DNA of 63,608 nt, filler included, from Catajapyx aquilonaris (taxonomy: Eukaryota), in NCBI GenBank assembly GCA_000934665.2. It is 3 parts of 3 records of this genome, joined end to end, with 100 filler letters (N's around TTAATTAATTAA, not from the genome) between each part and the next. Parts side by side here need not be neighbours in the genome. Positions count along the whole stretch, not along the records: positions 42,474 to 63,608 come from KZ539482.1; 2 more parts are not named here. One strand, given 5' to 3'. Positions 52,223-63,608 of the stretch are shown here, one piece after another. The first letter of the stretch is position 1; each line of letters starts with the position of its first letter. The position numbers and the translations under genes are program-made. Below the pieces are notes generated by a model. That model did no database searches. It was given only the letters and a program-made list of their open reading frames with translations, and was not told the origin of the DNA.

Positions 52223-52897
52223 GGACTTGGGACACATGGAATGCAAGAAGCACATGAAAATCCAGCAGAAGGGTTTGTTTTCGCAAGGGCACTCGTACAT
52301 CTGAATATCATTACAGCCCACTCGTGACCCCATTCATCATCAGAACCACCTTCACCACTGCTTCTTCCAACAAGTCCATCAATGTATGCCCTGGCCTCAG
52401 CACTCAGATGCTCCCGCTTCTTCACATCCGACATCTTCGCTTCTTTTATAGGGAGATCCTGGGTGTAGAGTGGGTCCGTCGGAGTCCCACATGCACATTT
52501 TCCCGGAGCAACCCAAAGTATTGTGCATCTGTCCCTGACATGGCTCGTGACACTGACTTCATATTTGTGGGTCACACTGCACATGAATATCTTATGTTAT
52601 TCTTGTACTTCTGGCCAGAAGACACGTGTGACATCCAAGGACCAACTCTACACCCAGGATCTCCCTATAAAAGCAACAAAGCTGTCGGATGTGAAGAAAC
52701 TTGAGTTCTGAAGCCAGGGCATACATTGATGGGCTTGTTGGAAGAAACAGTGATGAAGGTGGTTCAGATAATGAATGAGGTCACAAGTCATGGGCTGTCA
52801 TGATAATCAGATGTAGGCTACTCATGTGAAAATAAACCGCTGCTGTTAGATTTTCGTGTGTTCCTTGCATCCAAGGGAATAATAATATCCCAAGTCC
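52223..52897. repeat. Diverged long inverted repeat (~255-bp arms) between CYP and COX6C
   Basis: Arms 52223-52477 and 52639-52897, e.g. ttttatagggagatcctgggtgtagagt / actctacacccaggatctccctataaaa. Confidence 0.8.
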
Positions 52898-55232
52898 ACC
52901 ACCTACAACAATTTTTTCCCCCATAAGGACAATAATGCACCTTCGTAAGTAGTGGGTGAAAGTAAACGTTCATTCACGCCACACTAATTAGAGGCACAAG
53001 ATACCCTTTTTCATGCTCTCCTAAAAAATTGCATCCCATGGACTTGGGAGTTGTGCCATCTTAGCGTTTCAATTGTATCAAGGCTTTGACGACAAATGTC
53101 AACTATAGCCTATTATTATTGTCTGATTTTATAGGGTCAATTATGATACCGTATCAGGTATCACCTTTGCTATCCTTGCTAATATTGTAATGTATAGACT
53201 ACCAAGTAAGTATCATTAATGTTAAAAATAGCGACGCCATTATTTTGCCCTGGAGAAAATCCAAATAGAAATTGAGAATAACAAGCGAGAACAAGTCACA
53301 ATATTATTGGAGTCTGTAGAGTAATCATACTGAAGTTTGTGATATTCAAACACCCGCAAATTATTGTGTCTCCTCGAGTTGAGTAGCTCCTCAGCTATAC
53401 TGTTTTGCAGTCAAGTTTCGGCGACATTCATTGTAAAAGCACGTAAGCAATAACAGTAAAAGTTATATGCCACTTAAAAATAAAGTCCACAAATAAAATG
53501 TTTGGAGAGGGAGGGAGAGAGAGGGAGAGGGAGAGAGAGAGACGCAAAAAAATGAAGTTGTTGACGTCCACTTGGCAACACTGCCTTCATCACCAACACT
53601 ACATAGTGGCAGCTTGTGGAACTACTATCTGGCAGGAAGGAAGGAGAGGGGAAGAGGAGAGTTGGCGAGGAGGACGCTAGAAAAGGTGCAATCGAGACCA
53701 TCCGCTGGACCCACCACCCGGGAATCCGCCCCCATCAGCAGCCCACGCTTTCAGACGCGACCATCCATCCATCTGTCGCCAGGTACGTGGTGGTACTTTG
53801 GAGTAATCAGGGGGCCGGCCAGCCACCAGAAAAATTGAGGCGAATGGAACACGAGAATACCAGCCCAATTTTCCGCCGACAGGCCTCATCTGCGGGATCA
53901 TGCTCAATAATATTTTGTGAATACTAGCTAGCCCGCCAGTAAACACAGGCAAAGAAACGCTACACCATCATGGGGATTCTGTGGAGACCATTTGAGGGAT
54001 CAGCATTGCTCATAAGGGAATGCAAAGGATCCCTCCAACGCCCAACCTCAAACTGCTTCAGGTCATTTACTGTTTTCACACAATGACATGGTCCATGGTG
54101 TGGCTAGTGCAAGACTGCAGTGGAAGAGTTAGGGCATTACCATTGCAACCCACTTTGGACTGCCATCATGATAATGCCCACTGCCATTGTGAACCTTGTA
54201 GAATGGTAGCTGGCCATAATAATGACTTTTTAAAATGCATGGAAACTTTCAGCAATAAAGACTTACAGATGTGATGAGAGTCTGTGAGTATACAGTTGGG
54301 CCCCACAATTCCAAAGCCCATTAGTGTCTGGCATTTACCTTTGATCTACCTTGAAATGTGATCACATATCAAATTGGAACAATTGGAACCAAAATGGCAA
54401 ATACTCGTACTTACTTTTGGAATTGTGTGGCAGAAGTTTTCATGCGAGTTACCTAGGTGATGACATTTTCAAATTCAAGAAAATGTGGCATGAAAAATTG
54501 TTCCAATTTTCTAGAATAGAAGCCTTCCTGGATATGAATAGTTCACAGTCGTAGATGGCCGGGTCATGGGGAATGGTGCCACACAAACCTGTCACATAAT
54601 TATACAGCAAGTGTCAAAAGTCAGCTCCATCCATGTCATAAAAATATTAGCAACAAACAGAAGAATTTCCACTAACTCTTGTCACTTTCACATGTAGAAG
54701 TGAGGTGTACATACTTTGGGAAAGCCATTGAATACCTTTCCAACAAAGTCTGTTTGCAAAGATGAGCACAAGCAAAATAGCAACCAATACTAACAAGCTC
54801 TTCACTCTATTGCATGTGGTATGGAGTGCACTTGCCTAGTAGCTGTTATTATGATAGCACAGGACTTTTACTTCACGGCAAAATAGAGAGAAGAAATCCT
54901 AAACTTTATTGTCACACACGCTAATTGCACAATTCCATAATGCATAATTGGAATGAAAACATGACTGTGTCTTTCACAAACACCACATTACTTTTGTTTC
55001 TTTCAATCATTGCAGAGGCTTTTCCATTAATTTGCAATGCAATTTGTGAGGGAACTATTTTTGCACTTTTAATCTAATGATTTATCCCTCCATTTCCTAA
55101 AAGTATTATACTTTATACTTTATATCTTACTCTTCTTGATATACTAGTCTTGATATACTATGGTGCCCTTATACCTTTACTTTATACTTTACTTTATACT
55201 TACGTTACTTTATACCTTATTTGGGTTGTAGG

Positions 55233-56753
55233 ATGCCTGGGTATGAAGGCCAGAAGAAAAAGGTTATGGTGAAGCCTCAGCTGCGTGGCTTGCTGGCATC
55301 ATCAATTAAGCGCAACCTGGTAGGTGCCGCGATCCTCACTGTGGGCACCATGTTCTACTGGAAGTTTGTGATTTCCGAGCCAAGGAAGAAGAGATGGGCT
55401 GACTTCTACAAGTTAGTCAATATCCTTCTACATGCTAATAAAATAACTGTCAGTGCTGCCACTATAAATTCATGCCACTGCTTAGTGATATGGATTTACA
55501 TTACAGTTTATTATACCATTGACCTCAACTCTCTGTGCATTAATTTTATTGTTTGATCAACACAGGTTTATTCAAAAGGCATTCAATGTAATTTAAGGTG
55601 GAAATGAAGCTAGAGTCACTTAATGAGAATTTTATGAAAAAAACATGTTACGCAGTTTTATGTCCTCTTATCAATGGTGCAAAAAAAAATATACGTCACC
55701 GTGCAAATTAGCTCACAGGAGGAAATTGGCAGACCTCTACGACAGAGGCATATAAAATCTTGTCTAACTCATTGAAAAATGCCTCGATTTGTTTGGAAAC
55801 TATTTTGAAAAAAAGTAGACAGTTGTAGATTTCCGATGTGTAAATAAAAATTTTTCGGGTGCACTGCGGATCTTCTAATAAATAAACGGACCTTACTTTC
55901 CGGATACGCTAATAGCTCAGTCACTTAATAAAGTAGTGGATTTACAAGAAGAAGGGCACAGGCCATAAGGTCTTCCCAGGCATGAAATGAGCCATGGGAA
56001 TGAGAGTTTTGGAGTGGATTTGAGACTTTTTAGCATGACTGCAAAAATGTTAATGGAGCAGATTGATGAGAGGGTTTGCAGTTAGAAAGTGATAATAACT
56101 GAAATAGGCCTTGCCTCTTTGGCTACTCCAACGGAATCTTTGGACTCCCATTGGCCCTGCCCATGGCGCATGGCCAATCTGAGTCTGATGAGGAACTAGT
56201 CCTCAACTAATTCAGCATAGCTAAATGGACAGAGCTGTCATCTCCAGGTTTTAACTGCATATTACCATGATGAGTGAGTGGATAAATTATGAATTCCTCC
56301 ATGATGGCATATTCACTTGACCACTTTGTACATGATTTTTCATAAGGCTAAAATAATATTGTTTGGTTAATTGACTACTTTATAAGATGTAATTTTCTTG
56401 CATATGTCTCCTTCTTCATCAATGCCTGCACTTATTCGGAGGGAAATATGATTATTTTATTGTCATACACTTTAACTTTAACATTACAATGCAAAATAAT
56501 TACAGTTATTATGTCACATGTCACAGTCACATATGCAATGTGGGGTCTAGGGCCTATCTATCGGCCTGGTCGACCCTTTAAGTCCCTATCTAGTCACATC
56601 AAATGTTGTTCTTACTTCTAACTTGTTGCATTTTTGACCCCCTTTTAAAGTTTATTTTACCTATTCATAACTTTAATTTTTCACAGAAGCTATGACTGCC
56701 AGAGTGACTTTCAGAGGATGAAGGATGCTGGAGTTTTCAATTCCATTAAGTAA
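55233..56753 (+). CDS. COX6C: Cytochrome c oxidase subunit 6C, 81 aa
   Basis: Exons 55233-55411 and 56687-56753: KPQLRGLL...EPRKKRWADFYK/SYD...F.RMKDAGVFNSIK. AATAAA at 56828. A possible non-coding first exon ends at the donor 53443 (GTAAGC). Confidence 0.93.
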
Positions 56754-58779
56754 GCTTGATGAAATTTTCAAGAAGAGCCTGTGCCGCCGTCCATCAAGTT
56801 GGGTTATTTCTATAGCTCACTTCATGTAATAAAATCATTCTTTCGTTGTGCACAATCAGTAGTTTGATTGGAATGACTGTTTCCATGATGTGGTCTGTGA
56901 GACAGGATTCTATTATTGGGAAGTAACATTAAATAAACCACCAATTACTTTTTAAAGGAATGTGGTTTCTATTTCAGTGACATACTGCAAGGAACATTTT
57001 TAGTTGTAAGATACACACAAGCACAAATCAGTAAAAAATTTTGTAAACTCCTTCACATATACACCTCTACATACAGTAATGATGTGACAGTTATGTAATT
57101 TCAACTCAAGAGCAGTGGTTACCAGAGGAGCTGAAAGTTTCGCAAAGAGCATTGAAACCTCAACAATCAACCACCCACCACTAAACCTTACTCATCTTCT
57201 CTCCTTTTGCCCATAATATCTTTTACCCATCCACTCATTTACCCAAAAATCTGGATCCACCCAGCCTTTTAGAGCGATTGCAGCTGCAACAAGAAAAGCA
57301 TAGGATTGGCACCCCTGGTGGTGTACATGTGGATCAAGGTGTGAAGATGAAACCTGTTACGTGGTAGGTATAGCTTCCATTGTTTTTAAACGGCACCGTG
57401 GCTAAGTGTTTTTTCCATGCACAATTCTGGAGGGGGATGATGTTGGTACAGTACCAATAATGATGTGCACCATTGTGTATAACTTAAGATGTTGCCACCA
57501 TTCACAACTGAAATGGAACAAAAATATCTGATGGCATTCATTATTCATTAGCTTCAAATATCCATAAAGGATATTATACATGAAAGCTTTAATACGTATA
57601 TTAAGATTTTTAAGCATTATGATATCCTGCTCAGCAAAATAATCCATTTACCCTGGCGGGCCTGGCCCATCAATTCTCTATTCTAGCATCAATCCCAGCC
57701 CTCAATTCTGCCCTTTTTTGGAAGACTGATGGTTGCCAATAGTTCCAAACTCATGTTAAGTTACAGAATGATTTTGTAGACTTTTTAATACCCTTTATAT
57801 CGTCACATGTAAATCATGTAAAATGCTTTTACACCATGGGACAACATGGCTCTGCTCATTATTGCATTGTGACTACAGGCAGGGAAGCAAAATGGAAAAT
57901 CCATCTCTGATGAGAAGCTGAGCCTGTTTTCCTTTGCAAGCCAGGGGATGGATTCACCAAATGTCTGCTAGTTCATAACCTAAGGTTACGACGAAAATTT
58001 GCCTTACGACATTTGATGAATCAACCCCCTTGCTATTATTCTTGCTTTACAATACATATGGATGTGTCAGCATTACGTGAAATTTATTGCCCTTGAGCAC
58101 TTGGTGATGTGCACTACAGTAAAATTCAGTGCCCAGTTGACGGCTGCCAACTGATATACATGCAAGAAAAATGCATCCCAGTCAATATAATATATAATAT
58201 ATAAGTATGGTCTACTACTGCACATGTTCTCACTTCTCACTACACATTGTGTCTGACATTAATCTCTTGACAAGTTGCCCACCGGCAGTCATGCTCTTTT
58301 TTTGTTACTAATTAGATTATATATGACATAAGTGGTCCCTGACATCTGCAAGATTGACATATTACAACTTGGGACGATAATAAGCTAGTAAACACAATGC
58401 AGTGAAAACCGCTGTGAAATAAAATGAACTGTGGCAATGGTGACAGAGTACAACCATGTGTAATAATATTGTCACCTCGGGCAAAAAGTCGAGTGATGTT
58501 ATATTGGAAGGATAGTTTCAAGCTGAACCCGGAGTTGCACTTGGCGCCTGATGCTGCGTTGCCAACTCGCCCGCACGTCATGGCATGACAGGGCAACGCC
58601 GCCTGAATAATAATAAGCGGAGTGCGTACTACAACTACTACTCTCATGCCAGCAGAGCCTGGCAGCTTACCACCTGCTACTCTCACTTGCCTGTAGTGCA
58701 CCATCTTCCCCCCACCGACTCTTCTGGGCGTACGTAACCACGTCGTAAGCACAATATTGTCGTGTGCACATACTCCCCG

Positions 58780-59010
58780 GCCTTTGTTTACTCTCCGTCC
58801 CCCCCTGCTACTCTCTCCCCGCACTGCCCTTCCCCTCTTCCGTCCTCCCTTCCTCTCCTCCTGACCGTCTGCTGCTGTCGTCGTCCCTCAGTTCCCTTCG
58901 ATCAGGATCGTCAGGAGCCGGGGTAGGAGGTGGAGGGCCCCACCGTCTTGTCTCTCGTCAGGGCTTGCCGTCGCTGTGGCTGCTGCAGCACTTCCGGATC
59001 AGAGGTGAGG
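58780..59010 (+). promoter_or_regulatory. Candidate promoter and 5'UTR exon of the PB1 gene
   Basis: GC/CpG-rich island with a pyrimidine-rich tract, arthropod Inr TCAGTT at 58888-58893 and donor GAG|GTGAGG at 59005. Confidence 0.35.
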
Positions 59011-60707
59011 GCTGCACTAGTACAGGTTTACACCATACTCTGTAACGTAGAGAGTAGCAGCTGAAGGAGGAGAGAGGCCTTTGTTTTGGGTAGTAATCTG
59101 GGATGAATGGGCGGAGGGTGGGAGGGTGGGTTGTGCAGCTGTAGTGAGTGACCCCCACGTAGAGTAGGAAGTGGGGGGACCTGCTGTGTGTGCAAGAACC
59201 GCGTCGCCCTCTCTGGCAAGTCCTCGTTCCTCTGCTCCATAACTGCACTCATATCTTTATTGACAGTGTATTAATTTGCTCAGGAAGGGTATGACCACAT
59301 AGCAGGTAGGCTGAAGATGGATGTTCTTTGCCTCACCTTGCCTCCACACAACCCATAACATGTGAGAGCAAGGTTGTCATTGGTGTCCCACCCCATTTTG
59401 AGGAATAGCTAGGTGACAAGTTGACCCAAACGTTACTGCAAGGTGCCGCTCGTTCTGCACTTACTGCAAATGATGGGTTTGTTAACAGTTTTCGGTCATG
59501 GCAGTCGAGTTAGAACATGGTGTCAGAATGTTCCAGGAAGATTGTGGGATCATGAACTGTTCTTCACATAGGCTACTACCAGGGATGGGAGATAGTTGAG
59601 CAGGGAAAAGGAAAGAATAAATTGTGATGTCACTCAATCACTGCCTGTGTGTGCCAGAGACCTGAACCTGAATACGTTGTGCGATTCAGCATTCAGGTGT
59701 TCCGTATTATAGGAACCTCCAGCCGGGAGTGCAATTGGTGGCGCGAAACAATAGCGAGATATAAAATGTTTGGGTGAGAATTGTCGAGGGAGCAACCTGT
59801 AGCCCAAGATGATAAGAAACATTTGCTCACCTCATCACCTGTCAACACTATGACAATATGTGCTGCAGCGTTCGGCATGCATTACACCCCGTGCACATGC
59901 CCCCAGGACCCGAGCATGAGCATGATACTGATTACTGAGTACAAGGTGACAATGACCGAGGTTGAATCATCCACAGTGATCATTATCACACACATCCGGA
60001 TCCTTAAGGCAAACAATATTGCATATGCATAGACTTTACTACCTGCTGTTAGCTGCAGTGTCATGCATGTGTAGCCAGTGTAGGGGAAGGCAAAAATGTT
60101 CCTTGTCATCTGACTCATTATTGGGTGGTCTCTTGGCATCTACTGCTCATATCAGACTGTAGCTGTGGAGCCCATTCTTCACACCACCTATTTCCATGGT
60201 AAAGTAAGCCAGAATTGCCACAGACTGGAAAATTCCTAAATGGCTCTTTTTGGACTTTTCCCTGAATCATGTAAACCATCAGTGTGCCAAGGGACCTGTT
60301 CTTTGCATGGGGATTGATAAATGAGAGAAGTTTGTAAAACTGGCATGTATGAAGACCTCGGGAGAAAAACCATCAAGGTCCACCTGAGGTGAAACTGAGA
60401 TAATATTATTTTAAATTCCGAAGGTCCATAAGGCTCCATTGTAAATCCCACTTTCGGGGCCTTCCATAGTGACCTATGATCATTACTCCACAAGCACGAC
60501 CAAACCATCATATTCTAGGGAAAGTATCTACAGAGATATACAGGGTGTTTACGAGCTAACTTTACAAACTTCTAGGGGTAATAGAGGGGACCAAGACAAA
60601 CATATTTCACATAGGAACCCGTTTCCGGAAACGCCATCTAGAGGGGGTTCATAGACAAGGAATGGGTGCGCTCAGACGTGTCAGGCGGGCGGCATTAGTG
60701 AGCGGAC

Positions 60708-60901
60708 CGTTTAGTTGCTAGGTGGCGCGCGGATTGTACATAACTCAGCAATTCGCCATAACCTGGCAACAACAGAGCTGTTGTTTATTATCTGCGCGCT
60801 ACATAGCATGCTGACTATGGTTGTTAGGTGGTTCTGTTGTTGCCAGGTTATTGCGAATTGCGAAGTTGCGTACAATCCACGCGCCACCTAACAACTAAAC
60901 G
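60708..60901. repeat. Inverted repeat (~70-bp arms), downstream of a TA-CAGGGTGT Tc1/mariner-type terminus at 60541
   Basis: cgtttagttg.taggtggcgcg.ggattgtac... and its reverse complement. Confidence 0.75.
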
Positions 60902-60972
60902 CTGCAAAAGGTGACCAGGGAATTTGTAAATCTCAAATACCACGAGGCCAGCTCCACGCAATTCCTTATTAT

Positions 60973-61121
60973 CCCATGAGACCGCTTTGCCCGTTTTTCA
61001 TCAGGGGCTAGACCAGTGGCGACACCACCTGACTCAGTAGAAGAGAAGCGAGTCGCCTCTCTTCTACTGAGTCCGTGGTGTCGCCACTGGTCTAGCCCCT
61101 GATGAAAAGCGGTCTCATGGG
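60973..61121. repeat. Near-perfect hairpin/MITE
   Basis: tttcatcaggggctagaccagtggcgacaccac...gtggtgtcgccactggtctagcccctgatgaaa; minimal loop. Confidence 0.82.
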
Positions 61122-62050
61122 GTCACCTCCTGCAAATGGCCCCGTCAGACACCCAAAGGTGATAGAAGAGGGTAGTGTCTTGGGCCTGTCTTCAACAACA
61201 TAACCTTACTGGAAGACGTGGTAGAGAGGAAAACAGGTGCAGGCAACATACAGGCAACCTGATTATGAACTCATTTGACATTCCTTAACACCGGGGCAAG
61301 ATGTCTTCCAGGCAGATGACAGCGAGAGCGGGAGCGGGAGGGAGGGTGGATGGGAGAGAGCGCGAGAGAGACACTTACCACTTTTGCCAAATTTTGGCAA
61401 CTGGCTACCTAGTTTAGCTCATATGTGGGGTTAACTTGCTTCTTCCTTCATTGCTGACTACCCCTTATAGGGAAATGGCATGATGGTGGTGGTGTTGTAT
61501 TATTTATGAACTGATCAAATAATGTGTATCAAGGTTACAATGTCAATTTTACCTAATCAACAGCCATACAACATGATTTGGGCGCTTTTAAAATGTAAAG
61601 TGCAACACTGGACAACCTAGGAGATTTGCATTGAATTGATATAATGTAGGAGTAGATGATAAAGGGCATTGTGAATGATGGTAACCAACACACTGACAGT
61701 AACAATTTTGCATGCTCTATCAGACCTCTCATTGCCACATGTTCCTAAAATGAATTGCTTTTTGATGAAACTTGACTTCTACTTTATTGGATATGTCACT
61801 TTTTGTGGTGTTTTCCAACTCATTGTGAATATCCAAATTGGTATGCTGATATACCCTTTAATGCTGCAATAATGTCATTCTCTTATTTGATTTCCAGGAT
61901 TCATATTATATTGCCCCCTCATGAAAAGGGAAAACTTCAGAATTACATACAGTTCATCTTTTTCTGTTGGGATGGAAGTGTTTAGCGCAGTAAGCGCCAG
62001 TGCTCATTTGCAGCCAGAAGGCTAACAATCAACTTGTCTTTGGTTTTCAG

Positions 62051-62416
62051 ATGGCAGCACCACCTATCAGTAAACTGAAAGATGTCCGGGTCATAATAAG
62101 TGCGAAGAGTGAGCCGCCACCAGGCCAGATGACTCGGGAGCAAGTAGGTCATGGATCAGGCACGGACCTGCCCAACAAGCAAATGGGCATCCGCAAGCCT
62201 CCCAACAAGAATGACAAGGCCCTGTCTCCAAATCAGCTGGCCCAGAACCAGATGAACCCAGGCTGGCCACCCAACATGACTGACAGCCAGCTGGTTGCTG
62301 AAGTTGGACTGATCAAGCCTTGGGAAACATGGGCTGACCTTCAGCAGATGGTTACTTCTATTGCACCAAATGTCCACTTGGGATCACTTTTTTATGTGGA
62401 CAATGAAGGAGACCAG
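62051..62416 (+). CDS. First coding exon of a PB1-domain protein, possibly NBR1-like (gene continues beyond the window)
   Basis: Acceptor TTTTCAG|ATG and donor CAG|GTCAGT. TWADLQQMV...LFYVDNEGDQ resembles the PB1 helix 1 plus acidic OPCA motif (human NBR1 TWADIEAMV...YLDEENEE, recalled from memory). Confidence 0.6.
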
Positions 62417-63046
62417 GTCAGTTTTATAAACATAACATGATGAAAATGATTTTTCAGTGAAGTATTTTCTGCTGCAGTGGAAACTTTCCTGCTTTGGAAC
62501 AATTGTACAGTATCTGCTTTATACAGGGTGTTTCAGAGTCATGGGTCAAGCGTGCGCGAGGGGGTGGGGAATAATCGTAGGTGGCGACAACCCCGGTCAG
62601 TTTTATAAAACAATTAGAAACAAACTAATGCCATCTTGACGGGTGAAGTAAAATACTGGCCATCAGGGCAGGGGTACACCCGCGAGCATAAAGATGGAGA
62701 CTGCAGGCCCTCACCTTCGGCAGGCTGCTCTGTCTATCTCAGCAGTTACGGTATCAAATATACTGACATAAATACACGAACACACGCCTGAAGCAGCTAA
62801 CTCAGTCCAAAAAATAGTTCATTAATTTGAGTCGGATAAAGAAAGGTCAAAAAAGGTCCTGCCGTCTCCATCTTTATGCTCGCGGGGGTACATCCAACAT
62901 GACAGTAGGCTACTCTCTTGTAGGATTACAATACAGTAGCACTCCAATGCTGAATAGTGCCAGATGTCAGCATATGAAGTTAACAACAGCGACAAAGCAT
63001 GGATGTAGCACCTGGATTTTTGCTTTGACTGCATCTGATCACCTAC

Positions 63047-63155
63047 TGTACTATATCGCTCAAAAACATAGAGATGATTTTGCATTTGATTCAAGTGCAG
63101 GCTGCACTTGAGTCAAATGCAAAATCGTCTCTATGTTTTTGAGCGATACAGTACA
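63047..63155. repeat. Near-perfect 109-bp palindrome
   Basis: tatcgctcaaaaacatagaga.gattttgcatttga.tcaagtgcag G ctgcacttga...; 1-nt loop. Confidence 0.85.
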
Positions 63156-63608
63156 TGGATGATGAGTTACAACTGGCGGCTAGTGTTGTGGCTTCGGAAA
63201 ATCACCTTTTGGCTTGTATTTTGACCCTGCTAACATGATCATTAGCAGCTGAGGTGATGTTTGCACAACACTATAGGCCAAGGAGAATTAGAAAATGCAA
63301 AAAATTTCAAAATTCAGGGGAGTAAAATGAGTCAGTTTGGTTGTCATAGCAGGCTGAATGTGGGATTGGTTACACACTATGCCATATGCAACAGAAGAAC
63401 TTACATATTCTCACAGCCCTGTACTCATACATTTTTCTCCGTAACATTGTTTTAGTACAGTCCTACCAGATGCATTCCAAAAAATTTGACAAGGATCAAA
63501 ATTATGAAAACCTTGATACTAACCAGTAACCAGGAAAGGCTCACACATGGAAAAACCCCTCCAGGTGGGCTGAAAATTGCAGACAGTGGCGGATCTAGGG
63601 GGGGTGGG

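Noticed and set aside
52180..52584. Minus-strand ORF containing MSDVKKREHLSAEARAY after a TATA box
   Set aside because: The ATG is too close to the TATA box to be transcribed from it, the mirror arm lacks the ATG and frame, and no homology was recognised.
55100..55220. TATACTT-rich repeats before the COX6C acceptor
   Set aside because: Simple low-complexity expansion of the pyrimidine tract; no evidence of function.

Overview
Eukaryotic, arthropod-like genomic DNA with short (~55-65 nt) GT-AG introns and many transposons; nothing prokaryotic. Protein-coding content, all on the + strand: three complete tandem SLC17/anion:cation-symporter-family MFS genes (10.4-17.8 kb), a 5'-truncated fourth copy and an inverted relic of a fifth; a CYP2-clan cytochrome P450 (44.2-51.7 kb, first coding exon not found); COX6C (55.2-56.8 kb); and the first coding exon of a PB1-domain, possibly NBR1-like, gene (62.1-62.4 kb). 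The rest is TE-derived: about 16 palindromic or long-TIR elements, three tRNA-head SINEs, two copies of an RTE-5'UTR-headed short retroelement, and P-element and LINE relics. Two scaffold gaps carry an artificial TTAATTAATTAA linker, and the first ~10 kb looks low-accuracy. The most interesting part is the SLC17 cluster: loss of canonical anion/proton-coupling residues, a 10-Cys N-terminus, a perfect hairpin over a 3' splice site, and an antisense paralog fragment in a probable 3' UTR. All calls were made by eye; no database search was run.
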